A stretch of DNA of 53,596 nt from Candidatus Wirthbacteria bacterium CG2_30_54_11 (GTDB lineage: Bacteria > Patescibacteriota > CG2-30-54-11): contig MNZT01000052.1 of NCBI GenBank assembly GCA_001873755.1, forward strand, positions 1 to 53,596. Direction: 5' to 3'. A program made the translations under genes and the position numbers. How positions within the stretch are numbered: the stretch's first letter is position 1; each line of letters begins with the position of its first letter. Positions 1-9,305 of the stretch are shown piece by piece. The notes under the pieces are model-generated. The model made no database searches and had not been told where the DNA came from. It saw only the letters and a program-made list of their open reading frames with translations.

Positions 1-3000
1 GGCCGGGGCGTTCAGGGTGAAGTGATCGTTCGCAGCCGGGTTCACGGTAACTGCGGTCGAGGTCGCCGCGGTGAGCCCATCCACGCTGGCCGTCACTGTG
101 ATGGTGCCGGGTGCCGTTGCGACGGTATAGGTCAGATCGTCAAAGGTCGCGAGGCCGGCTGCTGCCGCCTGCGTTGTGATCCCGGTAGCGAAAGAGCCGG
201 AACTGGGGGTCATGAGCACGCCATCGGTATCCGCGGTCTGGTTGCCATACTGGTCAGCGATCTGGACCGTGAAGCTGGTCCAGGTGGCCCCCGCGGTGAC
301 CGATGCGTCCGGTTGTGCCACGAACAGGAGTTTATTCTTCGTATCTGGGGTCACGGTGATAGTCTGATCATAGCCCGTGGAATTGATAGCACCGGCCACG
401 ACATGCACCGTGGCATCTTCCGCTTTGTAGAGCCTGAGGATGGACGTCCCGATACCGGCCGCGAACGTCACAGCTGTAACACTGCCAAAAGCGATATTGG
501 CCGAGGCATTGTTGCGGGCAGTAGGGTGAAAGGCAGGGTCTGGAGAATCAATAGCTCCGGAAAAGGTCAGGGATTTCGCCCCCGTATACCCAGTCGCTAC
601 ATTGTCATAGAGATCGTAAGCCGTGATGGTAGAAGTGTTCGTATCTCCCGAAATCATGGTCCCCGTGGCTGAGACGGTGAAATAGGTGGCCGTGGCCGGG
701 TCGACCGTGATAGCGGCAGTGGTTCCGGTCTTCAGATTGCGCGTGATGGTGATAGTAGGGGTCTCAATGCTGCGGTAGAGGAGAATATTGGAAGTGGTAA
801 AAAAACCATCGCCCGAGAGGTCGACATCCACCGTATAGCCAGCACCCAGCATGCTCGTGCCGTCATAACTCGGGTCGCTCGCACCGTCTGGAGCCTGAGT
901 CGCGGTCGTGGTAAAGGTCACACTGTCGGTGCCGTCAAAGGCCAGACCGGCCTCGTCCTTGGCCGTGACGTTGCTGTAGATATCATGCGCAGTGATAATC
1001 GAGGTAAAAGGTGTACCCGCGACCTGAGTGCCGATGGCCGCCCAGTGGAAGTGGTCGAGGTTGGCAGGCTGTACCGTCACAGCTCCGGACGCACCGGTGG
1101 CGGTCAGGATGCCTGAGGTCGCATTGACTGTGATCGAGGTGGCGGTCGTGTAGGTGATATCGTCGAAGGTCGCCAGGCCGCTCGAAGCCGCCCGGGTCGT
1201 CGTACCGGTCGCGAACGAGCCGGCACTGGGGGCGATGACGACATTGTCCGTATCCGCGGTACGGTTGCCGTAGGCATCGGTGATCTCCACGGTGAAATTC
1301 GTCCAGGTGGCACCGGCTACGACCGGGGAAGCTGGTTCAGCGACCCAGAGAAGTTTTGCTTTGGTGTCGACAGAGACCGCGACATGCAGGTCGTACGAAA
1401 GGTCGCCGCTGGTATCAACGCCGACATTGGTGCCATTTGCGATATCGATAACGGCATTTTCAGCTTTATAGAAGGCGAGTGTCGAAGTAGCCACGCCGGC
1501 GGCGAACGTAACGACCGTGTTGGTGCCAAAATTGACAGGAAGAGCATCTTTGTCAGACGCAGTCGCAGCGGTCACGGGGGCAGCCGAAGGGTTCGCCCCG
1601 GAAAAGGTCAGGGTCTTGTCCCCGGTGTAATTGGTGTCGACGTTGCCGTACTGGTCGTACGCCGTGATGGTCACGACGTTAGTCCCTCCGGCAGTGGTCG
1701 CCGGGTCGCCAATGATCACGAGGTGGGTCGCAGCATCGGGCGTGACCGAAAGAGCATCAGTGGCATCATCAATACCGTCCGTGCCGTCCGGTGCGGCAGC
1801 GTCGGAAGCAGTGATGGTCCAGTCCCCGACCTTGTCATCGAAATAGTAGAACGTCTGAGTGCTCGACAGGTCATCAATATCTACAGACAAAACAACTCCA
1901 CCACCTGAGGATGCCCGCAGTTCTTGGTTGCCGGTGGAGTCACTGAACAGATATACCGTCTGAGTACCAGAGGTCACCAGGTTACTGTAAAGGTCGTGAC
2001 GGGTCACGGTATAGGTGTTTTCGGTACCGGCAACAGGGTCAGCCGGTGAGCTCAGATGGAAATGATCGACGCTCGAAACATTCACGGTGATGGCGGTCTG
2101 GGCGCCGGTTTCCGGACCAGTGGTCGAGGTCACCGTGACCGACTGTTCCCCTGAAGTGGTCAGGGTGACTTCATCAGTGAACGTATGCACTCCGTTGTCG
2201 CCGACGAGGAACGTGTAGTCAGCCGGCAGTACGGTTGAGAGACCTGCATCGGTAGAGGTGAAATGGATCTCGCCCACATAGTCGGTCTGGGTATTGCCAA
2301 AGGCATCAAGTGCGGTGACCATCGGAGAAACGGTCGTCCCGGCAGTAACCGGATCGGTAATGCCGGTCACCGTAAAAGAAGCCAACGCTCCGGGATTAAC
2401 CGTAATAGCAGCGGAACTGGTCGTGATCGTAGCGATGGAATCAGCCGCCAGGGTGAGCTGAGGGGTTTCAGTCGCTTTGTACAGGATGACATTGTTGGCG
2501 GTCGTGGCTGTCCCTGAGGCCATGTTCAGCGTAAAGGTCGTGCTGGCTCCGCCGGTCAGAATGCTGATGTCATTATAGGTGGGATTCTGACCGCCCTGGG
2601 CGGCGGCACTGGAGGTGATGGTAAACGTTTCGCTGCCCAAAGCCGAACCGTCGGTCTGTTTGGTGGTCTGGTTGTTATTGGAATCATGCGCTGTGACGGT
2701 GAGGGTAAAACCAGTACCGGCCGTTTCGGTCCCGGCGTTCTGGGTTGCTATATCCCAATGGTCGAGATTGGCTGGGATGACAGTGATCGTCCCCGAATCG
2801 GTCGGGGTCAAAGCACCTGAAGTGGCTCTGATCGCGGCAGTACCCGCGAGATGTCCGGTGAACACGGCACTGGCGCCGCCCGCGACGAGATCTCCGTCTA
2901 CCACGCCAGCTGACTTGGACGGCAGCGACCAGGCATCGGCTGCCACATTGGCGACAAAGTTATCATACTGGTCACGAGTGATCGCATACACGGTGAGCGA

Positions 3001-4734
3001 GGCGCCTGCGGCCAGGTCCTGCGCCCCGACCACGCTCCCGGCGCCGTTGGCCAGCGTCTCCACCAAAACCTTGGTCGCCGTGCCGGATGCAAAAACAACA
3101 TCCTGCGTCGATCCTACTGAGTATCCCGTAACAGCGGAATCCGTCAAAGTCAAGTTCACCGTTTCGGCAGTCGTATCTGAAATATCCTTGGTCCCTACGC
3201 CATCAACGATATCCACGACACCTTCCCCTGTGGCTGACCCGTCTGAGTTGAGGGTCACATCCTTATCCTTGTCCAGTCCGGTAGTGATAATGTTGTCGTA
3301 CTGGTCCTGTAATTGGACCGTCACGGTGACGGCAGCGTCAGTAGTGCCATCAGCGGGATTGATGATGACGAACTTATTGGCGGCGCCATGCAACACGGTG
3401 ATATCACCTGAAAGCGTATCCGTCTGCGCTACGACCGCACCCACATCGGTCACGGCCTGGGCGGACCATGTGTAGGCGGTGCCCACTGTCTGTTCTACGC
3501 TGATCCCGCCCACCCGAACCGTAAAAGACCCCAGCGAGGTCTGACTGGTGGTGACGGGAATGGTCATGGTGGAGGCAGTATTGGCAAAACCGGTCCCGTC
3601 GATGCCGATCCCGGTTGTTCCAGCCGTGGTGCTGATCCAGCCGGAACCGTCGGCATCGAAATTCGTCGCTCCGCCGGTCATGGACACGACAATGGACATA
3701 TCGGTGGTGAGGAGCACCCCACCGGTATTATCAATCGCTATGTTCCAGAACGTATTGGCCTCTCCGGCGACATCATCGGTGCCGGACGCGACCGGAGCCA
3801 CGGTGACAGAGCCGAAGGCAGTGGCAGTCATGGTGATGTCCGTGCTTTCTTCGTCAGTCACGGCCAGACTATTGGCAGACTGCAGATGGATATCTTCCGC
3901 CAGGTTATATTCACAGCCGGCGAAGGTCGCGATACCGTTGGTCATGGTGACGGGATTGACCGTACAGGCAAGCGCGCCGCCCGCGGTCACCGCGCCGCCC
4001 GCAGCGGTCTCGACGCTGAGGGTCACTGTCGCGACGTCATTATCGACCGTATTGTGGTACTGGTCCTGCAGGGTCACGATGGGCTGCTGCACAAAAGTTT
4101 CCCCGGTATTGGCAGTACCGGATGGCTGCTGGGTAAAGTTGACGTGAGTCTCGGTGCCGGCTATTTCGGTCAGCGTACCGAAATTCGTTGCCCCATTGGT
4201 TCCGTTGATGCTGGCCGTCCCTGAATTCAGAATATTCCCGGACGCCAGAGGCGTACCTGCGGTAGGACGAACCCTGACCGGGGTCACTCCACCAATAATC
4301 AAAGTATGGCTTACCGTGGTAGACGATGCGCTCACGGTAACCGTCAGAACCGAAGAGGTAAATCCTGTTCTGGACGCTGCGAGTTCCGCGCCTCCGGTGA
4401 TAGCGACATCCGGTGCGGATCCGATATCGTACTCAAATCCGGAAGGGACTGTGAGAATAATGGTTCCGGTACCGATCTCACCAAAAGCGGATTCAGCGAT
4501 GGCGATCGCTCCCAGGCTGGTCCAGCCTCCGGTTCCAAAGGTATCAGCGGATATCGTCGTTCCCCCGGCTGCCGGGGTGAGCCCCACCGCCGCATACGCC
4601 TGCTCCAGCTGCCCCAGCTGCGGGAATAACAGACTGACCGGTACCCCCCACGCCCACTGCAGCATGCTCATCAATCCGATTACAGCCCAGAGTTTTTTTA
4701 CCTTGGTAAACGGGAGGTGCAGCATTCCGGTCAT
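1..4734 (-). CDS. Giant secreted/surface protein with tandem bacterial Ig-like (Big_1/invasin-like) repeats; only the N-terminal 1578 aa lie in the window (3' end beyond the left edge)
   Basis: ATG at 4734-4732 (minus) preceded by AAGGAG-like RBS (ccaaggagatacc). N-terminus MTGMLHLPFTKVKKLWAVIGLMSMLQWAWG looks like a signal peptide. The frame stays open to base 1 (4734 = 3 x 1578). Recurrent motifs such as ITAYDQYGNV..YTG.K.LTFSGA and FDD(I/L)TYT. The track lists only short shadow ORFs here because the real ORF has no stop inside the window. Confidence 0.8.
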   Translation of the reverse strand, partial: MTGMLHLPFTKVKKLWAVIGLMSMLQWAWGVPVSLLFPQLGQLEQAYAAVGLTPAAGGTTISADTFGTGGWTSLGAIAIAESAFGEIGTGTIILTVPSGFEYDIGSAPDVAITGGAELAASRTGFTSSVLTVTVSASSTTVSHTLIIGGVTPVRVRPTAGTPLASGNILNSGTASINGTNGATNFGTLTEIAGTETHVNFTQQPSGTANTGETFVQQPIVTLQDQYHNTVDNDVATVTLSVETAAGGAVTAGGALACTVNPVTMTNGIATFAGCEYNLAEDIHLQSANSLAVTDEESTDITMTATAFGSVTVAPVASGTDDVAGEANTFWNIAIDNTGGVLLTTDMSIVVSMTGGATNFDADGSGWISTTAGTTGIGIDGTGFANTASTMTIPVTTSQTSLGSFTVRVGGISVEQTVGTAYTWSAQAVTDVGAVVAQTDTLSGDITVLHGAANKFVIINPADGTTDAAVTVTVQLQDQYDNIITTGLDKDKDVTLNSDGSATGEGVVDIVDGVGTKDISDTTAETVNLTLTDSAVTGYSVGSTQDVVFASGTATKVLVETLANGAGSVVGAQDLAAGASLTVYAITRDQYDNFVANVAADAWSLPSKSAGVVDGDLVAGGASAVFTGHLAGTAAIRATSGALTPTDSGTITVIPANLDHWDIATQNAGTETAGTGFTLTVTAHDSNNNQTTKQTDGSALGSETFTITSSAAAQGGQNPTYNDISILTGGASTTFTLNMASGTATTANNVILYKATETPQLTLAADSIATITTSSAAITVNPGALASFTVTGITDPVTAGTTVSPMVTALDAFGNTQTDYVGEIHFTSTDAGLSTVLPADYTFLVGDNGVHTFTDEVTLTTSGEQSVTVTSTTGPETGAQTAITVNVSSVDHFHLSSPADPVAGTENTYTVTRHDLYSNLVTSGTQTVYLFSDSTGNQELRASSGGGVVLSVDIDDLSSTQTFYYFDDKVGDWTITASDAAAPDGTDGIDDATDALSVTPDAATHLVIIGDPATTAGGTNVVTITAYDQYGNVDTNYTGDKTLTFSGANPSAAPVTAATASDKDALPVNFGTNTVVTFAAGVATSTLAFYKAENAVIDIANGTNVGVDTSGDLSYDLHVAVSVDTKAKLLWVAEPASPVVAGATWTNFTVEITDAYGNRTADTDNVVIAPSAGSFATGTTTRAASSGLATFDDITYTTATSITVNATSGILTATGASGAVTVQPANLDHFHWAAIGTQVAGTPFTSIITAHDIYSNVTAKDEAGLAFDGTDSVTFTTTATQAPDGASDPSYDGTSMLGAGYTVDVDLSGDGFFTTSNILLYRSIETPTITITRNLKTGTTAAITVDPATATYFTVSATGTMISGDTNTSTITAYDLYDNVATGYTGAKSLTFSGAIDSPDPAFHPTARNNASANIAFGSVTAVTFAAGIGTSILRLYKAEDATVHVVAGAINSTGYDQTITVTPDTKNKLLFVAQPDASVTAGATWTSFTVQIADQYGNQTADTDGVLMTPSSGSFATGITTQAAAAGLATFDDLTYTVATAPGTITVTASVDGLTAATSTAVTVNPAANDHFTLNAPA

Positions 4735-4967
4735 GGTATCTCCTTGGAATAGATTGATTGACGGCGCAACCGCAAATAACTGAACACCCGTACATCTGAC
4801 GGGTTTCAGCATATATATATGTATTGGTTCGGTTTTTTCATTAGGTATTGAGTCGGTAGGACACCGTAAAAGCGCTCCCACGGTACCATCATTCCAAAAC
4901 GAGTACAAGACAACAAAACGCGTAAACAGAAATGATCAAAAAACGGATAGAAAATCGGGAATAGACG

Positions 4968-5804
4968 ATGTACAATAAAAAAGCGCCTGCTTTAAACCAA
5001 TTATGCTGGATACCTATGTTCCTCCACCTCGTCGCTGATTATGGCAAAAACGACCTCGCCTTCAACGAAGTGATCACCCACCTGAAACTCAGCCATCCCC
5101 ATGTCGATGTCTTTCCTATCTCCGTACCCCCTTTTTCAACTATTGCCACGGGCTTCGTCATCGGGCAGCTGTCCCTGCAGGCTGCCGAAGGTATGGGCAT
5201 CTATGCCAATACCGCCCCCCGGAAGGATGAACGACAGGCCAGACTCAGGAATGCCGGCGAATCCTTTGTCTATGCCCGTCTGAAGAACGGCGTCCCTATC
5301 ATGGCCGTGAATTCCGGCTACAGTCTGTCCTTTGTCAAAAAAGAGATCGCCGCCCTGCACCGGGTAAAAATATCCAATGAAGGCTCCCAGTTCCGCTCCC
5401 GCGACAATTTTCCGGAACCGGTGATCAGCATCATGCGCGGCGAAGTGAACCATATCGGCGCTGCAGTCAACCCGGATACCATACCCGACCCTCCCGAAAA
5501 ATGTGTGGTCTGGATCGACGGCTACGGCAATATCAAAACCTCCATCCGCCTCTCGTCCATCAAGTATAAACCGGGGGACGCGGTGAAGATCACCCTGAAC
5601 ACCACGACGCACCAGGCCACCTTTGCTCCGGGGACATTCGAAGTACACGAGGGGGAACTGGCTTTTGCCCCGGGCTCTTCCGGCGGCGACGACCGGTTCA
5701 TGGAGCTGTTCCTGCGCGGCGGCAACGCGTACAAGGCATTCAATAAAGCTAGAGTGGGGCAGGAGATCGCGCATGAAAAATACATAAACGGTAAGAACGA
5801 ATAA
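4968..5804 (+). CDS. S-adenosyl-L-methionine hydroxide adenosyltransferase family (DUF62 / SAM hydrolase, chlorinase-fluorinase fold), divergent
   Basis: Family-like blocks LVADYGKNDLAFNEV (N-terminal DxG..D..), SQFRSRDNFPEPV (FhGRDiFAP-like), VVWIDGYGNIKTSI (iD.FGN..TN-like) and a C-terminal G.FEV..GEL..APGSSG. The real start may be the internal ATG at 5016 (MFLHLVADYG). Confidence 0.55.
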   Translation: MYNKKAPALNQLCWIPMFLHLVADYGKNDLAFNEVITHLKLSHPHVDVFPISVPPFSTIATGFVIGQLSLQAAEGMGIYANTAPRKDERQARLRNAGESFVYARLKNGVPIMAVNSGYSLSFVKKEIAALHRVKISNEGSQFRSRDNFPEPVISIMRGEVNHIGAAVNPDTIPDPPEKCVVWIDGYGNIKTSIRLSSIKYKPGDAVKITLNTTTHQATFAPGTFEVHEGELAFAPGSSGGDDRFMELFLRGGNAYKAFNKARVGQEIAHEKYINGKNE

Positions 5805-5809
5805 GGAAA

Positions 5810-7876
5810 TTGCTCTTGGGCGAACCGAATTGGGTATTCATCATCCCTGTGCTCAATGAGTCATCGATCATCGGCAGATCGCTGCATATCCTCGACTCTG
5901 CGATCAGGCAGGGGAAATCGAAGTTCGGCGAGTGCACGATCGTGGTCGCGGATAACGGCTCCTCTGACGATACCGGAGCCCGGGTCACTGCCGTCATGGC
6001 AGAGCTGCAGACTCCGGTCGTCTATCAGCACATTCCTGACCGTGGACGGGGCATCGCTATCCGTCTCGTGCTCGAACGGGTCCGTGCCCGGAATTATTGC
6101 TATCTCGATGCCGATCTCCCCCTGGAACTGACCGCTCTGCCCGGACTGCTGGAACCGATCCAGGAAGGCCGTGCTGATATCACCGTTCTTTCCCGCCGGG
6201 GACAACGACCCTTTTTCAGACGGATCCTGACCGGACTGATGAAAAAAATCAATTCCACTCTCCTGCACCTGGATTTCGACGACTGCCAGAGCGGGGTCAA
6301 AGCTTTCAGCTCCCGGGCAGCAGAATTGATGAAACAATGCCGGGAGCCGGGCTATTTTCTGGATACCGAATTCCTCTCACTCGCACAGTCTCAAAATCTC
6401 CGCATTCACCAAGAACCCACCCCCTGGATCGAGCGACGGTACCCCGAACGGCAAAGCAAAGTCAGACCTGTCAAAGACAGCCTTCAAGCCCTGTCAGCTC
6501 AAAAAAGGATCTTCTGCCGTCAGTATCCCCAGGCTGTCGGAGCGATCAAGCATCTGTTCGGACTGGTGGCACTTCTCGCCGTATCGTATACTGTCTTCAC
6601 TCTCTTCTGGCTTACCTTCCCGGCACCCGTCCACAGACTGGAAACGATCTCTATTCTCTTTTGTGTTTTCCATTGGCTTGCGTATCTGGTGCTGGTCCAC
6701 GGCCTGATACGATCTACCGCCATACCGGCCAGACTCCTGACCACGATCATCATGCTGCTGGCTGCCGCCGTGTATCTCGTCCTTGCCCTGCAGCCACCCA
6801 GTCTGTCCCAGGATCTGTACTGGAATCTGCTGCTCGGCAAAGGATCTGCCATCTATCACCTGTCACCCTATGTCACCACGCCCAATGATCTTACGTTCGA
6901 CTCTTGGTCTGCCAATGTAACCACCTGGCGTGACCTGTCCATGACCCATGGTCCTCTATGGGCAGCATTCCTTCATTTAGTGGTTTCACTGGTACCGACC
7001 AGTCAGATCCAGGCGATCATTCTAGTCAAGCTGCTATTTGGCGGCCTCCTTCTGTTTTGCCTGCACCTCTGGCGCAGCCTCATGAAAAATCACCTCAGCG
7101 AAAAAGCACTTCCCCTGCTGCTGGGGCTGCTTGCTTTCAATCCCCTGGTCCTCCAGCACATCCCCGTCGATGGTCACAATGACATTCTGGTCATGCTCGG
7201 GATACTGATCAGCTACTATTTTCTACAACAGAAAAAATATGCCCTGTGCCTGATCTCTCTGATCCTGGCCGGAGGGGTGAAATATGCACCCTGGCTGCTC
7301 CTGCCGATCCCGATCGTGGAGCTGTGGCGCTCCCCGGGGACCTGGAAAGCAAAAAGTCGAACCCTGTTTCTCACTGTTCTCGGCAGCGTCCTGTTGCTCG
7401 CCGCCATGTACTGGCCATACGGGATATCCGCTCTGCAGCCGCCCGGTCTCGTCGAGGAGCTCACCAAACGCCTAGACCTCCTGGCCACCCTGCCCGGGGC
7501 CCTGATTCTGCTGGCGCTCTTTCGACTGACCGTCGCCCAGCTCCATCTGGTCGGTCTGCTGCTTTTTACCGGCGCCCTGGGGTATTTCATCTACCGCCGG
7601 AAAACAATCCTGGCTTATACGGTTCCATTTCTGGTCCTGTTTTTCTGGGGCACCAGCTGGTTCATGCCCTGGTACATCCTCTGGGTGTATCTCTTCCTTC
7701 CCTTCCTGGTTTCCCTCCCGGGATTTCTCGTGCTCACCCTGCTGATCTATTTTTCTTCGGTCGGCTTCCACGGCCTGTTTCTTCTGACTCTCCTGCTTTT
7801 TTTATCGACCGTGTGGGTCTTACTGTCAACCGCGTGGGGCAAGAAAAAAAGTATATGCTGCGCACCGGATGGTTGA
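5810..7876 (+). CDS. Fusion glycosyltransferase: N-terminal GT2 (dolichyl-/polyprenyl-phosphate sugar synthase-like) plus C-terminal polytopic GT-C/DUF2029-like membrane domain
   Basis: N-terminal FIIPVLNESSIIGRSL, VVADNGSSDDTG and YLDADL (DxD) motifs, followed by about 400 aa of repeated hydrophobic helices. TTG start (5810 or 5816) just after AAGGA at 5803-5807. Confidence 0.7.
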   Translation: MLLGEPNWVFIIPVLNESSIIGRSLHILDSAIRQGKSKFGECTIVVADNGSSDDTGARVTAVMAELQTPVVYQHIPDRGRGIAIRLVLERVRARNYCYLDADLPLELTALPGLLEPIQEGRADITVLSRRGQRPFFRRILTGLMKKINSTLLHLDFDDCQSGVKAFSSRAAELMKQCREPGYFLDTEFLSLAQSQNLRIHQEPTPWIERRYPERQSKVRPVKDSLQALSAQKRIFCRQYPQAVGAIKHLFGLVALLAVSYTVFTLFWLTFPAPVHRLETISILFCVFHWLAYLVLVHGLIRSTAIPARLLTTIIMLLAAAVYLVLALQPPSLSQDLYWNLLLGKGSAIYHLSPYVTTPNDLTFDSWSANVTTWRDLSMTHGPLWAAFLHLVVSLVPTSQIQAIILVKLLFGGLLLFCLHLWRSLMKNHLSEKALPLLLGLLAFNPLVLQHIPVDGHNDILVMLGILISYYFLQQKKYALCLISLILAGGVKYAPWLLLPIPIVELWRSPGTWKAKSRTLFLTVLGSVLLLAAMYWPYGISALQPPGLVEELTKRLDLLATLPGALILLALFRLTVAQLHLVGLLLFTGALGYFIYRRKTILAYTVPFLVLFFWGTSWFMPWYILWVYLFLPFLVSLPGFLVLTLLIYFSSVGFHGLFLLTLLLFLSTVWVLLSTAWGKKKSICCAPDG

Positions 7877-7916
7877 AATCTCTGTGGTATCATCTCCTCC
7901 ATCCGCCCCTGATATC

Positions 7917-8180
7917 TTAGCTCAGGTCTTTCTTCTTTTCCTCAAATTCTTTCCGGTCGATCTCTCCTTTGGCATACCGTTCCCGCAGTATATCCAGCGG
8001 GTCTGACCGCATATCGCCATGACCCATGCAGTGATGACCCATCCCGTGCGGACGGCGAAGCATGGAGATGATCATATACACGACCAGCACCCAGAACACC
8101 ATCATGAAAAACCCACCGATCATTCCCGTCCATCCCAACGTCGTGCCACCTTCCACACCCCGATACAATGCGTAATGCAT
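7917..8180 (-). CDS. SHOCT-domain small membrane protein with His/Met/Cys-rich loop
   Basis: C-terminal ILRERYAKGEIDRKEFEEKKKDL matches the SHOCT motif. One TM segment (MIGGFFMMVFWVLVVYMIISML), then HGMGHHCMGHGDM. Start refined to the ATG at 8180 (RBS AGGA upstream); the track ORF extends to 8294. Confidence 0.65.
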   Translation of the reverse strand: MHYALYRGVEGGTTLGWTGMIGGFFMMVFWVLVVYMIISMLRRPHGMGHHCMGHGDMRSDPLDILRERYAKGEIDRKEFEEKKKDLS

Positions 8181-8265
8181 TCGTGATCCTCGTATAGTGA
8201 TAAGTTGCGATCCACGCAACAAGTAAACCATAGATTTGTGAATAAACAATGGAGTCAGAACGGAC

Positions 8266-8307
8266 TTGACATAGCCATGTACTATGTATAACATAGTACA
8301 TGGCTAT
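8266..8307 (+). promoter_or_regulatory. TTGACA -35-like hexamer fused to a perfect 17-bp inverted repeat (candidate operator, possibly for the downstream PadR)
   Basis: TTGACA at 8266-8271. ATAGCCATGTACTATGT (8271-8287), ATA, ACATAGTACATGGCTAT (8291-8307) are perfect reverse complements and carry nested ATGT/ACAT half-sites. Confidence 0.5.
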
Positions 8308-8950
8308 ATACTTTATGGCGTTCCAAATGAATAAACTGTTTACTCACCGTCTCTACTTCCTGTTCGACCTCGCTTTGCTGACTTTTTTCGCCAGTCTGTA
8401 CAACACCCCGGTTTTTTCTTTCCAGCACTATGAGATCCGGCTCGTCTTGTACGGCGTCGGGTTGTGTTATCTGGCCTTCGTAGGTTCTCAGTCCTCACTG
8501 ACCAGGACACAGCTCGGACTGTCGACCTCCGGTACCCGCAGGGCGATCAAGGATATGGCCGTCCCCGGCGGGGCTCTCATCCTGGCGATCCTTTTGAGCC
8601 GCTGGCTCCGGCCGGAGTGGTTCCGACTCGGGATCTCCAATACCTGGTCCTCCATCCCGGTACGCCTCTTTACCTACGCCCTGTTCTCGGTACCCATGCA
8701 GGAGTTGGCCTTCCGCGGCTACGTCATATCCCGGCTCGAACAATTCACGATGCGTCCCGGCATCATCATCACGGCCTCGGCGCTCATTTTCAGCTTCATC
8801 CACTGGCCTTTCGGCAGTCTCATGATGTCAGCCGGCACATTTGTCCTGGGGATCGTTTTTGCCCGTAATTTTCTCCGTCACCGCGACCTCATCACGGTCA
8901 TGACCGCCCACTGGGTCATCGGCGCCGTGCTGCTGCTCTGCATGATCTAA
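8300..8950 (+). CDS. CPBP family intramembrane glutamic endopeptidase (CAAX protease/Abi family)
   Basis: Motifs QELAFRGY (EExxxR-type), FSFIHWP (FxxxH) and HWVIG. Multi-TM protein. The start is uncertain (8300, 8315 or 8327) because the 5' end overlaps the palindrome. Confidence 0.75.
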   Translation: MAIYFMAFQMNKLFTHRLYFLFDLALLTFFASLYNTPVFSFQHYEIRLVLYGVGLCYLAFVGSQSSLTRTQLGLSTSGTRRAIKDMAVPGGALILAILLSRWLRPEWFRLGISNTWSSIPVRLFTYALFSVPMQELAFRGYVISRLEQFTMRPGIIITASALIFSFIHWPFGSLMMSAGTFVLGIVFARNFLRHRDLITVMTAHWVIGAVLLLCMI

Positions 8951-8965
8951 ATACGAGGTGTGCAC

Positions 8966-9292
8966 ATGACCAATCCTGACGAAACCACCCAGTTCAAAAA
9001 AGGCCTCCTGGAACTGGCCGTACTGAAACTCGTGGCCCAAAAACCGCTCTACGGCTACGACATCATCACCCAGCTGGAAAAAGCGGGTCTCCCGGTCGTG
9101 CAGGGGACGCTCTATCCGCTCCTCACCCGCCTGCGAAAAGACGAACTCGTGTCGTACTCCTGGGAGGAATCCCCGAAAGGACCCCCGAGAAAATACTATG
9201 AGATCACCCCCAAAGGGCAGCAATACCTGGACTCCCAGGTCCTGGAGTGGCAGAAGATCCAGAAAAGCATGAATATACTGTTTCAATCCTAG
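8966..9292 (+). CDS. PadR family transcriptional regulator
   Basis: LELAVLKLVAQKPLYGYDIITQLEKAG...GTLYPLLTRLRKDELV...RKYYEITPKG is a typical PadR wHTH. GAGG RBS at 8955-8958, 7 nt before the ATG at 8966 (the track starts at GTG 8960). Confidence 0.85.
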   Translation: MTNPDETTQFKKGLLELAVLKLVAQKPLYGYDIITQLEKAGLPVVQGTLYPLLTRLRKDELVSYSWEESPKGPPRKYYEITPKGQQYLDSQVLEWQKIQKSMNILFQS

Positions 9293-9305
9293 CAAGGACC
9301 AAACC

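Noticed and set aside
22-4795. Many 60-290-aa ORFs from the track on both strands (for example 22-672 +, 2615-3475 +, 3548-4147 +, 4154-4783 +).
   Set aside because: They overlap the single uninterrupted minus-strand frame that starts at 4734 and carries a signal peptide and Ig-like repeats. Their translations are low-complexity Arg/Gly/Pro- or Val/Ser/Thr/Ala/Pro-rich shadows typical of GC-rich alternative or antisense frames.
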